Source: Dimorphilus gyrociliatus (taxonomy: Eukaryota; Animalia; Annelida). Taken from it: a DNA stretch of 64,000 bases. Both the position numbers and the translations under genes were made by a program. The stretch lies in assembly GCA_904063045.1 (NCBI GenBank), contig CAJFCJ010000018.1:744001-808000 (forward strand), given 5' to 3'. Below the pieces are notes generated by a model. The model was not told the origin of the DNA, did no database searches, and saw nothing but the letters and a program-made list of their open reading frames with translations. This document shows, piece by piece, positions 28,954 through 42,744 of the stretch; within the stretch, counting starts at the first letter, position 1, and every line of letters begins with the position of its first letter.

Positions 28954-31900
28954 TTAGATTTTATTGAATGTGAAGGAATTTAATTTATCGAAGCCAGATT
29001 TCTTTTCAGGCTTTTTATTATCTTCACTCGTGGTCTTTTGTTTAATTCTCTCTGCATAAATTTGTCTTTCTTCTTTTGGCAATGCTTTAAAACGTTTTGC
29101 GGCAAGTACCGCCATATCTTCAGAGGAAACATCTGGGTTTTCCTCTTCCAAACTTTCCTTATTTTCTTCTAACCATAATCCGAAAGCTGTCGGAATATTT
29201 TCTTTTTTCTTTTTAGAACTTGACGGTGTAAGGGTAGTCTGAGTGGTGCTCTTTCTTTTCACTGCTTTTTGAGGTTCATCTCCTTTTAGCTTCTCTCTTG
29301 AAGTCGGCTTCAAATCGTCAAAGACACTGCTTCCTCTCCTTAAAATGGGCGTCGAGTTTCCACTGTCGTTTGCCTTAAAAAAAGGATTAGATGAAAAAAA
29401 AATCTGTTAATTGAACTCACTCACTTTGAAAGGGTTTTGCCAGTTTTGGCTTTGAGGCGTTGAAGGTAGGCTATCCACAGATGGAGATTCCGATCGAAAT
29501 AATAAAGGCGTTGACGTAGGCTTAGGCTTAATCATTACCTCATCGTCATCTCTTTGGCTACTGTCGTCAAGAGTTTTTCTTTGAGAGTTATCTTCAACAG
29601 GCTGTTCTTTTGCGGCCAAGAAATTTAACTCCTCTTCCTCACTTTTCTCTCGAATAACATCATTCAAGCGTTCGGCAAGCGACATCAGTCCCAGTTTAGC
29701 GGCATATTTACTGGTCAAAGCGGCATTATGCGAATTTTTAGTCATTCTCGCTATTTCAATAGCCCTATATTCACGATCTTGTTTGCAAGCCATCTGAATT
29801 GATTTAAAAGTTCTAATAATGGAAAATTAACCAATATTAATAGATATTTACCGCAAACATTCTGATGAGTACTTCTTGCTCTCTAATATCTAATTGCCTC
29901 TTTTTGTCTTCATCATCGAACGCTTCTAACCAATCTTTGAGTACAACAGTTCGCCAGAGTTTTTCCTACAGTAACATGTGTGATTTACACTAATAATCAC
30001 AACAACGTAACACTTATCTTTTACCTCAAGTTTTGTCTTATCTTCTTCTGAATTCGCAAAAGGTAGGCGAATTGAGAGGGTAGTAATTACAGGCCATGGT
30101 AATGTTGGCGGATAAGTTGAACCTTTACAGAAAATGCATCGTATCTGTTCCGATTCTTCGCAGATACCGACCACAAAATACCCATCACTTTTACCCTTAG
30201 TCTATAAATCACATATTCGTATTTTAAAGACAAAACAAATAGCAATCAATTAAAGCTTACATGATCTTTTAAATTTGAAATTGGTACCCAACTATTTCCA
30301 AAAGACTTAACAAGCATACGCACAATTCCCCGGCTATCTACTGTACATGGAGATCCTTGTTGTGTAAATCTGTAAATATTCCAGTTCAGATTTCTACTAA
30401 GTGACAGTGATTTAATTATCTTACCCTATCCATGAAAGGCTAGACGCTGGAGACAAGCATAGTTGCTCTACGTATTCGCATTTAAAAGTCTTCGCTATTT
30501 TCATAATTTTTATTGCTAAGGAACTCTGGCAGTCATAAGGTATTCCCTTATGATATACAATCATCAATTGATCCTGGAAAGCCGACATACAAACAATTTT
30601 ACCTGGACTGCAAAAAACTTGCAGCTGAACACCACTTATACTTATAAGTCTAATAAAGTTTAAGTCTGTTGCAAGGGCAATCCACTTCTCACCAATACAC
30701 AAGGCTTCTACTTTTTCTGAATTTTCCAAGTTAAGTATCCATCTCTTGTTTGAATCCCAGCTGGCAAAGTGTTCACACATTACAGAACTTTGGTTGTCAT
30801 CATCACCTATCGATCCCAGGACGAAACATTTTTTACTGACATCACCCATGATATAATTAGCATCGTTGTGAATATGTACGGCGTGATGTGTTGCTTTGTC
30901 ATGAAAAGTTATGTCAATTGAATTTTCATCTTCCGTTTGATAATGGCGAATTACGCCTACCATATTCCACATCATAAACCGATGAGGCAGATGGAGAGGA
31001 GTAGAGCCTGGCTGAAAAGCTTTCTGGGGTTCTTTCGGTTTCCAGGTGTCAATAGGAACATGTTTAATAATTTCTTTAATTTTAGTCTTGCTTTCCATTT
31101 CAGAATTTTCATCATCAATTATTTGAGTACCACCAGCTTTGCATCAATAATAGATTATTAAAAAAGTCTATTAAATAAAAATGATAGAGTATACTTGCTA
31201 AGTCCTCCTCATCTTCAAATCCAAATGCTGATAATGTCTTTTTCTTTATAGCTGAAATATCAACATCACTATCCCTATCGTCAAACAAATCGTTTAAATT
31301 TTCTTCACTCTCTTCTTTGGCGGACTCTTTATAATTTTCGTCTAATTTCAATTCTTCAGTTAAACAAAGTTGACCCTGTTTATCTGTGAAGATAAGTTGT
31401 TCTTTTGATGGATTCCATGAGAGAGATGTAATAGTTCGCTTATGAGGATGTCTCTCCGAAAATATTAATTCCTTTGATTTCAAATTCCACATAAAAATAT
31501 GACCGTCTACAGTTGCTGCACTCAGATTTTTTCCAGTTGAAGAGAAACAAACAACATTTATGAACTATGAAATATAAGTTTATTAGAAACTTCTCAATTT
31601 GGTTGTTTAAGTTTGTTACCTCATGATTTTCTATATTGGTTTTCAAAGAAAAGTTACAAGCCCATAGTTCATCTTCAAATAGTATATCAACAGTTTTCTC
31701 ATTTGGTACAGCCAGGTGCTAAAAAATTTTTTAATTTCTCAATATTAAACGAAACACTGAAATTGAAATATACCTCGCCATTTGGTGAAAAGGCTAACTT
31801 ACACAAGGTTTTTGCATAGCTGTAACAACAAAGTAACATTTATTCATGGCATATTTATGAAAAATGAAATTTTGCTAACTGAAAGTCATTCCCAATTGGT

Positions 31901-32636
31901 ATACACTTGTGTTTTTCCATGCATAATCCAGTTTGATCCCAAATTTTAACATATCCATCTAAACTGGCTGTAGCCTATAATAATAGAAGTTAAAAATAGC
32001 AAATGGGAAAATATATTTAAAAAAATACTACCAATGTTTGACCAGATGATTGCAGGTCTACTGCTAAAATTGGAGCCTCGTGTTGAGAAATATTCAATAA
32101 AATCTTGAAATTTGAGATTTTCACAAGTTTTGCGGTAAAATCACTAAAAAAATTCAACTTTTTATAATTTTTCATCGTATTAATGGATATAATTACCTTG
32201 AAGCGGAAAATAAAAAATCTCTTTTAACTTTTACTGAAGTTACAGTTCCAGTGAATCTAACTACAGTTCCGTCATCTACAGCGTCAGGATATGTATATTT
32301 CCTTACCACATTTTCTACACCAACGAAAAAAGCATTCTCCTGTTTTTAACAGTTTATAATATAATTATCGAGTTGAGAGAATTAACATGTATCAAAATAC
32401 CGAGAAATCAATGGCTGTTATGCATTCTCCAACTGAAATAGTTTTTGGATCTTTATCTTCATTTACATCCCAGATTTTTACATCTCCTTCCCGACCGCAA
32501 GAAAGAATTTGACTATAAGTATGAAAAGTTTGTAATACTGAGCGATAAAATATATATTAACAGACGGCTACCTTCCATCACTTGAAAAGGTAAAATCACT
32601 ATGACCTTCAGTGTGGGCTACCTTTACTTCTATCAT
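28954..32636 (-). CDS. WDHD1: AND-1/Ctf4 (WD40, SepB, HMG box)
   Basis: Starts MIEVKVAHTEGHSDF. SepB region KAFQPGSTP...RFMMWNMVG. HMG box AFGLWLEENK...RFKALPKEERQIY. Confidence 0.94.
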
Positions 32637-32716
32637 CTTTCGGATTCCTTCGTGTAGACTCAATCTTCTAGAGAATAAGAATGATGTAGTAGAAGTGTTA
32701 GTGCGATAGTAATAGG

Positions 32717-32738
32717 TTTTGGCGGGAAGTCAGCCAAT
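32717..32738. promoter_or_regulatory. E2F-type site TTTTGGCGGGAA plus CCAAT box
   Basis: TTTTGGCGGGAA at 32717-32728 and CCAAT at 32734-32738, about 80-100 nt upstream of the WDHD1 ATG in the WDHD1/TOP3A divergent region. Confidence 0.6.
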
Positions 32739-33282
32739 GAGGTCTGCTCTGAACAGTATGGAACACATACCACACTTTTCAGAAAGTTTAAATCGTCGTT
32801 TCAATATTATTATGTGATCCTTGGTAATATCATATTTCCACATTTTTCTTATTCTTAATGTTTGTTCGAAGATAGACAAACAATATATTGTAATTATTTA
32901 GATTTTTAAGTTTTATTATTTAATTTTTTTGGGGAATTATATTCAGGCATTTAAACTCATATTTTACCATATGACATGGCTGTATTTTAGCTTGTAAAAA
33001 ATATTTCTTTATTTTTCATGACAAATTTAAAAGAAGTTCTTTATAATAAGATAACTGGTAAAATATAGCTCGGCCTAGATCCGGTCGCGCCACTTTTGTA
33101 ATATCGCTCATTACAAACCTTTCTTCCAATGTTTAGTTTAGCTCAAATTTATTGATGAAGTTCCTTTCTCAGAATAAATTCTCTTACATTAAATCTGAAT
33201 TTGATATGAATTCATTTAATCTTAAAAGGGATCAATTCTTAGAGGGATTTATTGCGAAATAAACTATTTTTTCGTTTCTCGA

Positions 33283-36200
33283 ATGTTGATTCGTTTCATC
33301 ACTTGTTTGCGTTCGTATTCATCAGCTGCTTATGGGAAAATGCCGAGAGTCCTAAATGTGGCAGAGAAAAATGATGCGGCCAAGTCGTTGGCAGCAATGT
33401 TGTCTAAAGGACACTGCAGGAGAGTATGTTAATTCAAATTATTTGTATTCTTTCACTCATGATCTAAAGAGATTGTAAACAAGCGGAGATAAGAAAAGTT
33501 TAATTAATAAAACAGCAATTCGAAGAAAAAAAATGTTAATATGGTATTTTTTTTTTTAGAGAGACGGGCTATCAAAATACAACAAAATATATGAGTTTGA
33601 GTATAATTTGTTCAATACTCCAAGCACAATGATTATGACTTCTGTATCTGGTCATCTATTAACTTGGGAATTTACTCCTCAGTTCACAAACTGGCGTTCT
33701 TGTAATCCGGTTCAACTTTTCACTGCTCCTGTTTATAAAAAATGTCCTCCAGATTTTGAAGGAATTAAGAAAACACTTGAACGAGAAGTAAGAAATTGTG
33801 ATAAATTAGTCGTCTGGACCGATTGCGATAGAGAGGGAGAAAATATAGGGTTTGAAGTCATAGAAGTTTGTAAAAAAGGTATTAAATCAATTTATCATGC
33901 AAATTTGTTAATATTAATAACTCTTTGTAATCTTTTAGTAAAGCCTAATATTCCAGTGTACCGAGCTAAATTTTCAGAGATTACTGCAGGGTTTGTGATT
34001 ATAGTACATTTAGTAAAATTATGGATTATCACTTTTCGTTAATAGAGCCGTTCATCGGGCCATTAACAACCTAATAGCGCCTGACGAATTCACAAATGCA
34101 GCAGTTGATGTACGATCAGAGCTAGACCTTCGAATTGGTGCCGCTTTTACTAGATTCCAAACTCTTCGACTTCAGAGTGCTTTTCCTCAAAGTTTGGGAG
34201 GCGATAATAATCAATTAATTTCTTACGGATCCTGTCAATTTCCAACTTTGGGATTTGTTGTGGAGAGGTATAAGCAAGTTGAAGATTTTGTTCCGGAACC
34301 GTTTTGGAAAATAAGAGGTAAACAATTGATAGAAAACAAAGCTTTAGGAGTCAGTATAAATTTATTTTTAAAAAGTGACCCATGAGAACGACGGATCTAG
34401 CGTTGATTTTAGTTGGAAAAGGTTGGGAATCAAACACTCAAATTTCACTAAAATAGTTCATTTAATACTTTTTCAGAAATCGTCTGTTTGATTACGATTT
34501 ATGTTTGGCTCTATATGAACAATGTATTGAAGTAAGTGAATTAATATATCAAATTTAAGAAAATTAATAGTCAAAATCCACAGGTTCCCATAGCTAATGT
34601 TACTGACGTTAGAACTCGCCCTAAATCTAAATGGCGTCCAGTAGCATTAGATACTGTCGTAAGTTGAAGAATTTTTATCACTTTCTGATATCTACTTATT
34701 TTAATATTTATTAAAGGAACTTGAGAAATTAGCTTCAAGAAAGCTTAGAATTAATGCTAAAGAGACAATGAAAATTGCTGAAAAATTATATACTAAGGGT
34801 TTTATATCTTATCCCAGAACGGAAACCAATATCTTTCCTAAAGATCTCAAATTCAATGACTTGATACAACAACAAACTAGAAATCCAAACTGGGGAGGTT
34901 ACTTTGTATATGCCTCATTAATTTTTATAAATTTCATATTATTTTAACAGAGTTTGCTTCTCGTCTTTTAATGGATGGTGCTAACCCAAGAAATGGGCGA
35001 AAAACTGATCAGGCTCATCCTCCTATTCATCCAACAAAGTATGCTGATTCTTTACAAGGAAACGAAGCTCGAGTGTATGAATTTGTGGTGAGGCGGTTTC
35101 TGGCGTGTTGTTCAAAAGATGCTCAAGGTTTTGAGACCACTGTGGACATTGAGGTCAATAAAGAACTTTTCACGGCTCAAGGACTAATGATAACAGAGAG
35201 GAATTACTTAGAAGTTTATCCATATGACAATTGGAGTGATAAAACCTTGCCGGTGTATAATGTCAATGTAACACATTTCTATTCGGTTTATTTATTAATT
35301 TATCATGAATTTACGTCGGTGACAAATATTTTGCAGGATAGTTTTGAGCCCAAGTCGATAGACTTGGTAGATGGATCAACGACAGCACCGCCTCTCTTGA
35401 CCGAGGCGGATCTGATTGCTCTTATGGAAAAACATGGTATAGGAACTGATGCAACTCACGCTGAACACATAGAAACAATTAAGTCAAGATTATATGTTGG
35501 ATTACGTGAAAACAAATTTGTACCTGGAGAACTTGGTATGGGGTTGGTAGAAGGCTATGATTCAATGGGTTTTGAAATGTCAAAACCACACCTAAGATCA
35601 GAACTAGAAGCAGACCTGAAAGCAATTTGCGAAAGGAGAAAGAATAAAGATGGTTAAATATTTTTAATTCATTTTCAGCATTAAATAATAAAAAAATTTT
35701 CTTGTCAAAACTTGTAGAAGTACTTCAAGAACAAATAACAAAATATAAATCTGTCTTTGAGGAAGCGTTTAGACAAGCTTCAAAATTAGACAATGCACTA
35801 GCTTGCTATTTTGGTTCGGCTCAAGAAGTTCGTGAACAAGGTATATATATGCTACTTGAAAGACTTCCCCCAAAATTAAACTTTATCCCAACAACAGATT
35901 ATATACCAGAAGTTGTGGAGAAAATTTTAACTTGTCCGGCGTGTTCAAGTGATATGGTTTTGAAGAAAAAAAAGGATAATAAAGGCTGGTTTATAAGTTG
36001 TGTTGCTTTTCCAAACTGTAAAACAGTTTGTTGGTTACCGTCATCTGTTTTGGAAGCCAAAGTAACGAATGATATTTGTGACAGGGTAACAGAAGTTATA
36101 TTTAAATAATTTTAGATAATCTTCCTTGTATTTTGTAGTGCCATTCAACAAAATTGATGCAGTTTAAATTTCGACAAGGAACCGCTCCAATGCATATGCA

Positions 36201-37210
36201 ACCAATTTATAATGGCTGTGTTGTCTGTGATAATGAACTAAAAGATACTTTAAATTTTCGATTATCTGAATCAACTGTAATCTCCCCTCCAAACGCTAGA
36301 AACATAGCTACTCCAGTTCAATCTGTTCGTAGTAGTCAACAGTCTAGAGGCAGTTCATCAACAACTGATAGAACTAGAACCGTATATCCGAAAACTGATT
36401 TAAAGAGCGAACGATCACATGGAATGAGAAGTTTTTTAGGTGCTCAAAATGCCTCTCAAAATTTCGGTAACGTTAGTGATACTGTCGTTTGCAATTGTGA
36501 AACAGACGCAAAGTTAGTTGAAGTAAAAAAAGAGGGCCCAAATAAAGGGCGAAAATTTTATACTTGCTCAACATCAAATTGTCGATTCTTTCTTTGGGCC
36601 GATGAACCAAAGTCATCGACTCAAAATGATCAAGTGAAGTGTAAATGTCCTGCAATTGCTAAAAAACTAACATGCAAAAATGGTCAAAATAAAGGACGAC
36701 CTTTCGCCGCGTGTCCTAACGATAAATGCGGATTCTTCGAATGGCAAGACACTGATTCTAGTCAAAGCCATAATCAACCTTCCAGTCAAGGTTTTCAGAG
36801 CCAAAGTTTTCAGAGCCAAACACAATCGAGAAAACCGTCTATGATTGGTAGATCTAAGAAAAACTATTCTGGTAATACCACTCAGATTCAGCAATCGTCC
36901 GGAGAAGACAGGAGATGCGCTTGCGGGGAAGTGGCCATTCTGTAAGTTGTCTCAATTTATGATGATTCTAAACATTTGAGCTAAATAAATTTATTTTCTC
37001 AGAAAAGTCGTATCAAAGAACAATGCAAACAAGGGACGGCAGTTTTATAGTTGCCCTAAGCGAAGTTGTAACTTTTTCGAGTGGATTGATGAAAAAGGCG
37101 ATAATGATAACAACCTGGATGATTCAGTAACAAGATCTGCTAAAAAGCGAAAGTGTGGCTATTGTAATGAGCAAGGACACGATAGAAGAAATTGCCCACG
37201 TAAAACTTGA
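33283..37210 (+). CDS. TOP3A: DNA topoisomerase III alpha, with two in-frame starts (33283, 33340)
   Basis: Toprim VLNVAEKNDAAK, WTDCDREGENIG, catalytic GFISYPRTETN (Tyr codon 34810-34812), GTDATHAEHI, C4 zinc finger, GRF fingers, and a terminal CGYCNEQGHDRRNC. Confidence 0.97.
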
Positions 37211-37902
37211 TAAGAAAAAACAATATAACTGTCAATAAAATAGAGCAAATGTCTTTGTAAATTATATATTCCAATTCGCTATTTCTGTATGATATAACTG
37301 TCGGATTAACGTAAATAAATCTATAAATGGTGTTTTCTTGGTTAAGAACTGAAAAAATACAAGACATTAAAGTGTATATAAGTTTGAAAAAGAGAATTGA
37401 ACATTTAGTATACAATGAGTTATATAGGGAAACGATATTAGAAACTATTGGATTAATCATGCCTTTCTGGTGTAGAATATCTTTATATTAGCTGAACTAT
37501 AAAATATATGTAGAAATGGCCAATTTAGTCTCCAATAATCAGATAAGTCTAGTGTAGAGAAGTATATATTTATTCTAAAACAGGATAAATTACTTATAAG
37601 TTTATAGCGGGATAGTTTAAATTTTCAGAGCTTTCAGTAAAAACTGGTCAATACCTACATATATATGTATATATATATATATTCTTCTTGGCATCCCCTC
37701 AATAAATGATATTTTGCCAAACATGTTGTGAGCGTGCTCAAATTTTTCAGTCATTTCTATCTATAGCTCAAGGCTTATAGAAATAATTATTATATATCAA
37801 TTATTTAATAAAGTTGCAGTAATTTGCGTTTAATTTACAAAGCTGTTTTAGCATACATTTTGATTTTTCTGATAATTTACCGTATATACTGAGTGATATT
37901 AG

Positions 37903-40900
37903 ATGAAAATGCTAGTAAATCTCCGCCGGGTCACAGTAAACTCTTCGAATATTAACATTAGCCGAAGTATATCTAAGCTAGAAGAAAAGAAATTGAGGAA
38001 GGAAAAGAGGAAACTTGAAAGATTGGAAAATCAAAGGAAAAAGTTGGAAAAAAGAGATGCTAAAGAGAAAGTTGATGATAGTTACTATGATAGAACTTTA
38101 AAAGCTGGTGATAAGAAGAATGTAACATTAGGTCTGCCATCGAAATATAATAGCCAATTTGTTGAGTCAACTTGGTACGATTGGTGGGCTAAAGAGGGTT
38201 TTTTTACGCCTAAAGCAGAGGTAATAATATTTATAAAATTCTTCATTTATCTGACTTTGACATTGAATCTGAAATTAATCGTTTAGAAAGATAAGAATTC
38301 TTTTACGATCTGTCTTCCACCTCCAAATGTAACGGGAACCTTACATTTAGGACATGCTTTAGGAGTTGTAATTGAGGATAGTATAATAAGGTATCATAGA
38401 ATGAATGGTAAAAATGCATTATATATTCCTGGCTGCGATCACGCTGGTATTGCCACCCAAGTTATAGTTGAGAAATATTTAGCTAAGCAAGGAAAAACTA
38501 GGAATGATATGGAGAGAGAAGAATTTATTGCTCAAGCTCAAATTTGGAAGAATGAGTATGTTTCTTAAAGAACAAAGTGATAAAAAGTTTATTTTGTTTT
38601 TTCAAAAAAAAACAACAGAAAAACTGCAGAAATAAGTCAACAGTTAAAAAAACTTGGTGCTTCAGTTGATTGGAATAAGTTTTGTTTTACTATGGACGAC
38701 GTTAGGAATAATTCTTATATAAAGACTTATACGTTAATTGGTATTAAAAGAATGTTTTTCTCTATAGAACATGAATCAAGCAGTGCACGAAGCATTTTTA
38801 AAACTATTCCATAAAGGACTCATTTACAGAGCAAACAAACTAATTAATCATTGTTGTACTTTAAATTCTACGATATCGGATATCGAGGTGAAAATTAATT
38901 CTTTCCCTTTATAGCTTTTGTAACAATTTATCTCTTTCAGATTGAAAATGTAGAGATAAAAACACCAACAAAACTAAAAATTCCTGGCTACGATGAAAAA
39001 CTAGAATTCGGAAAAATTGTAGAATTTTCTTATCCAATATTCGATTCTAGTAAGACTTTAACTATTTAGCAATCGTTACTTTCATCTAATTAACATACTC
39101 TTAAAAATTTTATTTTGTAGAAAATGAAGAAATTGTTGTAGCAACAACTCGCTTAGAAACTATGCTTGGAGATGTTGCTATTGCTGTTAATCCTCGTGAC
39201 AATCGTTATTCATCATTGCATAATAAAAAAGTTATTCATCCCATCACGAAAAGACTCTTGCCCATTATCTGTGATGAAAGTGTTGATATGGAATTTGGAA
39301 CAGGTGACCTCAATAGAAAATATCATTAATCTCTAATTAACTTTGCCAAATAATTAGGTGCAGTTAAAATTACCCCAGCTCATGATTTTTCTGATATGGC
39401 TATGGCCGAGAGGCATAACTTAAGAAAGGATATTACTGTTATTGACGACAAGGGATATATGATTAATTGTCCATTTCCGTTTTCTGTAATTAAGCTTGTA
39501 ATGTACACTTGAAATGTATTCCTAAGAAAATCTTTCCAATTTCTAGGGTCTACCAAGATTTATAGCTAGAATGGCGGTTAAAGACTCGTTAAAATCATTT
39601 GGATATTATAAGGGGGAAAAAGAGCATTCAATGTCTCTACCTATTTGCAGGTAGAATAAAGAATCACTAAATTGGTTAATACTGTAGATTAATATATTTT
39701 AATTTTATTCAAGTCGATCAGGAGATGTAATTGAACCCAGAGTTAAAGCTCAATGGTTTATTAATTCAAAGGAAATGGCTAATAGAGCTATAGAGGTTAT
39801 ATAATACAAATGTTAAAATCAATTATTTGTTATTCACTGAATTCATTATTTATCAGGTGGTACAGAATGGTAAATTGAAATTTAAACCGGCTTATTTTGA
39901 AAATATTTGGAATAATTGGCTAGAAAATATTCAGTAAGACACTTCTATTTTTTATGAATAAGATTTATTGATTGTTTATTATTTGCTTTTATGAATAAGA
40001 TTTATTGGTTGTTTATAATTTGCTTTTTTTTAAAAAGAGATTGGTGTATTTCACGACAACTATGGTGGGGGCATAGAATACCTGCTTACAATGTGTTAGG
40101 TGTAAACGACGACTCTGTATGGATAGCGGCGAGAAATTTTGAAGATGCGAAAAGAATAACTAGGGAGAAATTTGGCATAGATGATACGGAATTTAGTCTA
40201 AAACAGGGTACGAATTTCACATTATTTCTTTTCCTAGTCCTATAAAAGAGACTCATTTTTTTTTCTTAAATTCAGATGATGATGTCTTAGATACGTGGTT
40301 TTCCTCGTCACTTTATCCTTTATCTTCATTGGGCTGGCCACAAAATGTTTGTTTTTATAAAAAAAATACAATAGTAATCAAAAGACTAGTAAAATTCTTT
40401 CAGACAAGAGACTTTAGAAACTTTTTTCCTACCAACGTTTTAGACACTGGAAGCGATATTTTATTTTTTTGGGTGGCTAGAATGGTTATGATGTCTTTAG
40501 AATTAACTAATCAACTTCCTTTCGATACCGTACTTTTCAAAAATAAATTAGTGTTATTTATTGTAGTCTAAGGGGGGAATTTTTGAAATAATACAGGTTT
40601 TACTTCACTCAGTTATCAGAGATGGAAATGGTAGAAAAATGAGCAAATCCTTAGGTAATGTTATCGATCCAATGGACGTTATTAACGGTACTTCCCTAGA
40701 GGTATTAACAGATTGATTTACATAATTTTCATTTGGAAATATCTTTCATTATTTATTAGAGTTTAAAGAACCGATTAGACGATAGTAATTTATCAACAAC
40801 TGAAATAAAAACAGCTAAAGAATGTCAGGAAAAAGATTTTCCATTTGGTATTGAATCCTGCGGAAGTGATGCTTTACGTTTTGCACTTGCATCTTATAAT

Positions 40901-41998
40901 TTTTATGGTAAAAATTATTTGAATATTCGTTATTTTCTTTGTAAATATATAGCAAATTTTTTATAGAACCTCACGTAAACATCAACATCAATCACATCGT
41001 TACAAGTAAACGGTTTTGCAATAAAATATGGAATACTTTTAAATTTATTCAAAATAGACCTTCAACTAAGCAGAATATCAATTTAGTATGACTTTAAGTA
41101 TTCGTAGTAATAGTAATTTTATCATTTATACTTTTAATATATTAAAGAAAGAAGAATTAAATATTATGTCTTCAACTGATAAATGGATTTTGAGTAGATT
41201 ATATAATGTTATCAAAGATGAAGATTTTAAAAGTTACGAATTATATAGAATATGCGATAAATTGGAAAGTTTTTGGAAGAATGATTTTTCCGATATTTAC
41301 TTGGTTTGTATTGGGAAAAAAAGAGATTTAAATTTATTGACTTACGATATCTTTTATAAAAAAGGAATACGCAAAAAATGAATTGGATAATGAATTGATT
41401 ACAAATATTTTAAACGTTGTTCTAGAGACATTAATCAAGGCTTTACATCCTTTTATGCCATTTATAACTGAAGAATTATATCAAAGAATGCGAATCCGTG
41501 GGAAAAGAGAGAGTATTTGTATTACTCCTTATCCGAAATCAGAGGATTTTGTTTGTTTACTTATAACTTAATATCTATTCTCTATTCTCCATTCTTATGC
41601 ATATCTTTTCCTTTTTTCTTTTCTCAAATAGGAGGCTTTCAAAAACGAAGCCCTTGAAAATAATATGCAGTATGCAAGAAATATAGTATCAGCGATACGT
41701 TCAAAGAGAACCCAATTAAAGTTAACAACAGAAAAACAAAATGGTTAAGTATTAATTAAAAAATACCCAAAAAAAACGCTCATTTATTAAAATATATAAC
41801 AATTACTCTTCTTTAATATCAGTTTATATATCCACGACGTGTGCCGAGAAATTAAACATCGTTGAGTCTTTTTCTACAGTTATCAAACTTCTCTCGAAAT
41901 CTGCAACTGTTGAAACGTTTACCAAATACGATAAATTAGATAAGAATTGGCAAGAATGTTCTACTATAGATGATTGTAAAATATTTATCAAGTATTAG
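37903..41998 (+). CDS. VARS2: Valyl-tRNA synthetase, mitochondrial type
   Basis: Basic presequence-like N-terminus, [13 protein letters not shown], editing domain [39 protein letters not shown], and KMSKS. The 3' end is uncertain (41998, or an alternative last exon ending near 42187). Confidence 0.88.
39950..40023. repeat. 37-bp direct tandem duplication inside a VARS2 intron
   Basis: ATGAATAAGATTTATTGATTGTTTATTATTTGC at 39954 and ATGAATAAGATTTATTGGTTGTTTATAATTTGC at 39991, with 2 mismatches. Confidence 0.9.
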
Positions 41999-42720
41999 AA
42001 TTTCAGTATCAAACGCCTTTTACACTTAAGAATCAATTCTCCCATGAGAATTTGAAAAACATGCTAATATTTGTCTTTTGAGTACAAATACAAATAAGCT
42101 TATAAAATGATTATTTTTTAATTCTTTATTAGGTAAACAAACTAGACGAGAATCTCAAGAAGATTTTGATGTTGTTTTAAAGTTATAAACATGCGAAATG
42201 TTGATTTGTACCGTCAACATTATGCACACGGGGCAAGAATTACCCATTCAAAACATAGAAATTAGGTTAAGGAGAAGTTTAAATGTAGTTATGTCTGGGG
42301 GAAAGAATGGTTCAAAATATACTATATATTGTTTATTTCTTCAGTAAATTTTATGAATGCAGTATGCAGGCTGATGAACTTTTTTTTTTACTGTGATAAT
42401 AGAAAATAAAGCTTTAAAAGTTTTTCGAAACTTTATTGACCTGGAGAAAACATGTAAGACAAATCATAAGACCGATATGTAATTAAACAAACTTATAATA
42501 TTAAATCGATAGGTGGCTCTGTTAATGATTGTTCAAGCAATTTTGGAAGACAGTTATTCTGATATGAATAAATCGTCTTATTACAAAAGTAATTTTTTTA
42601 AAGAGTAAAGTATTGTGGGAAAAAAAAAAGCTTAACTGAGTAAAAGAGCTAACACATATATCAGTTAACAATAGATCTCTTTTTTAAGGTAGTGCAGGAA
42701 AGCTAGTTGAAATCTTATTT

Positions 42721-42744
42721 CTCTCTCTCTCTCTCTCTCTCTCT
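42721..42744. repeat. (CT)12 microsatellite
   Basis: Direct reading. It lies upstream of the RTP-like gene. Confidence 0.9.

Noticed and set aside
37140-37460. 106-aa minus-strand ORF between TOP3A and VARS2, with a nearby acceptor-like site
   Set aside because: It has AT-rich, low-complexity composition, overlaps the TOP3A last exon antisense, and gives no coherent upstream exon.
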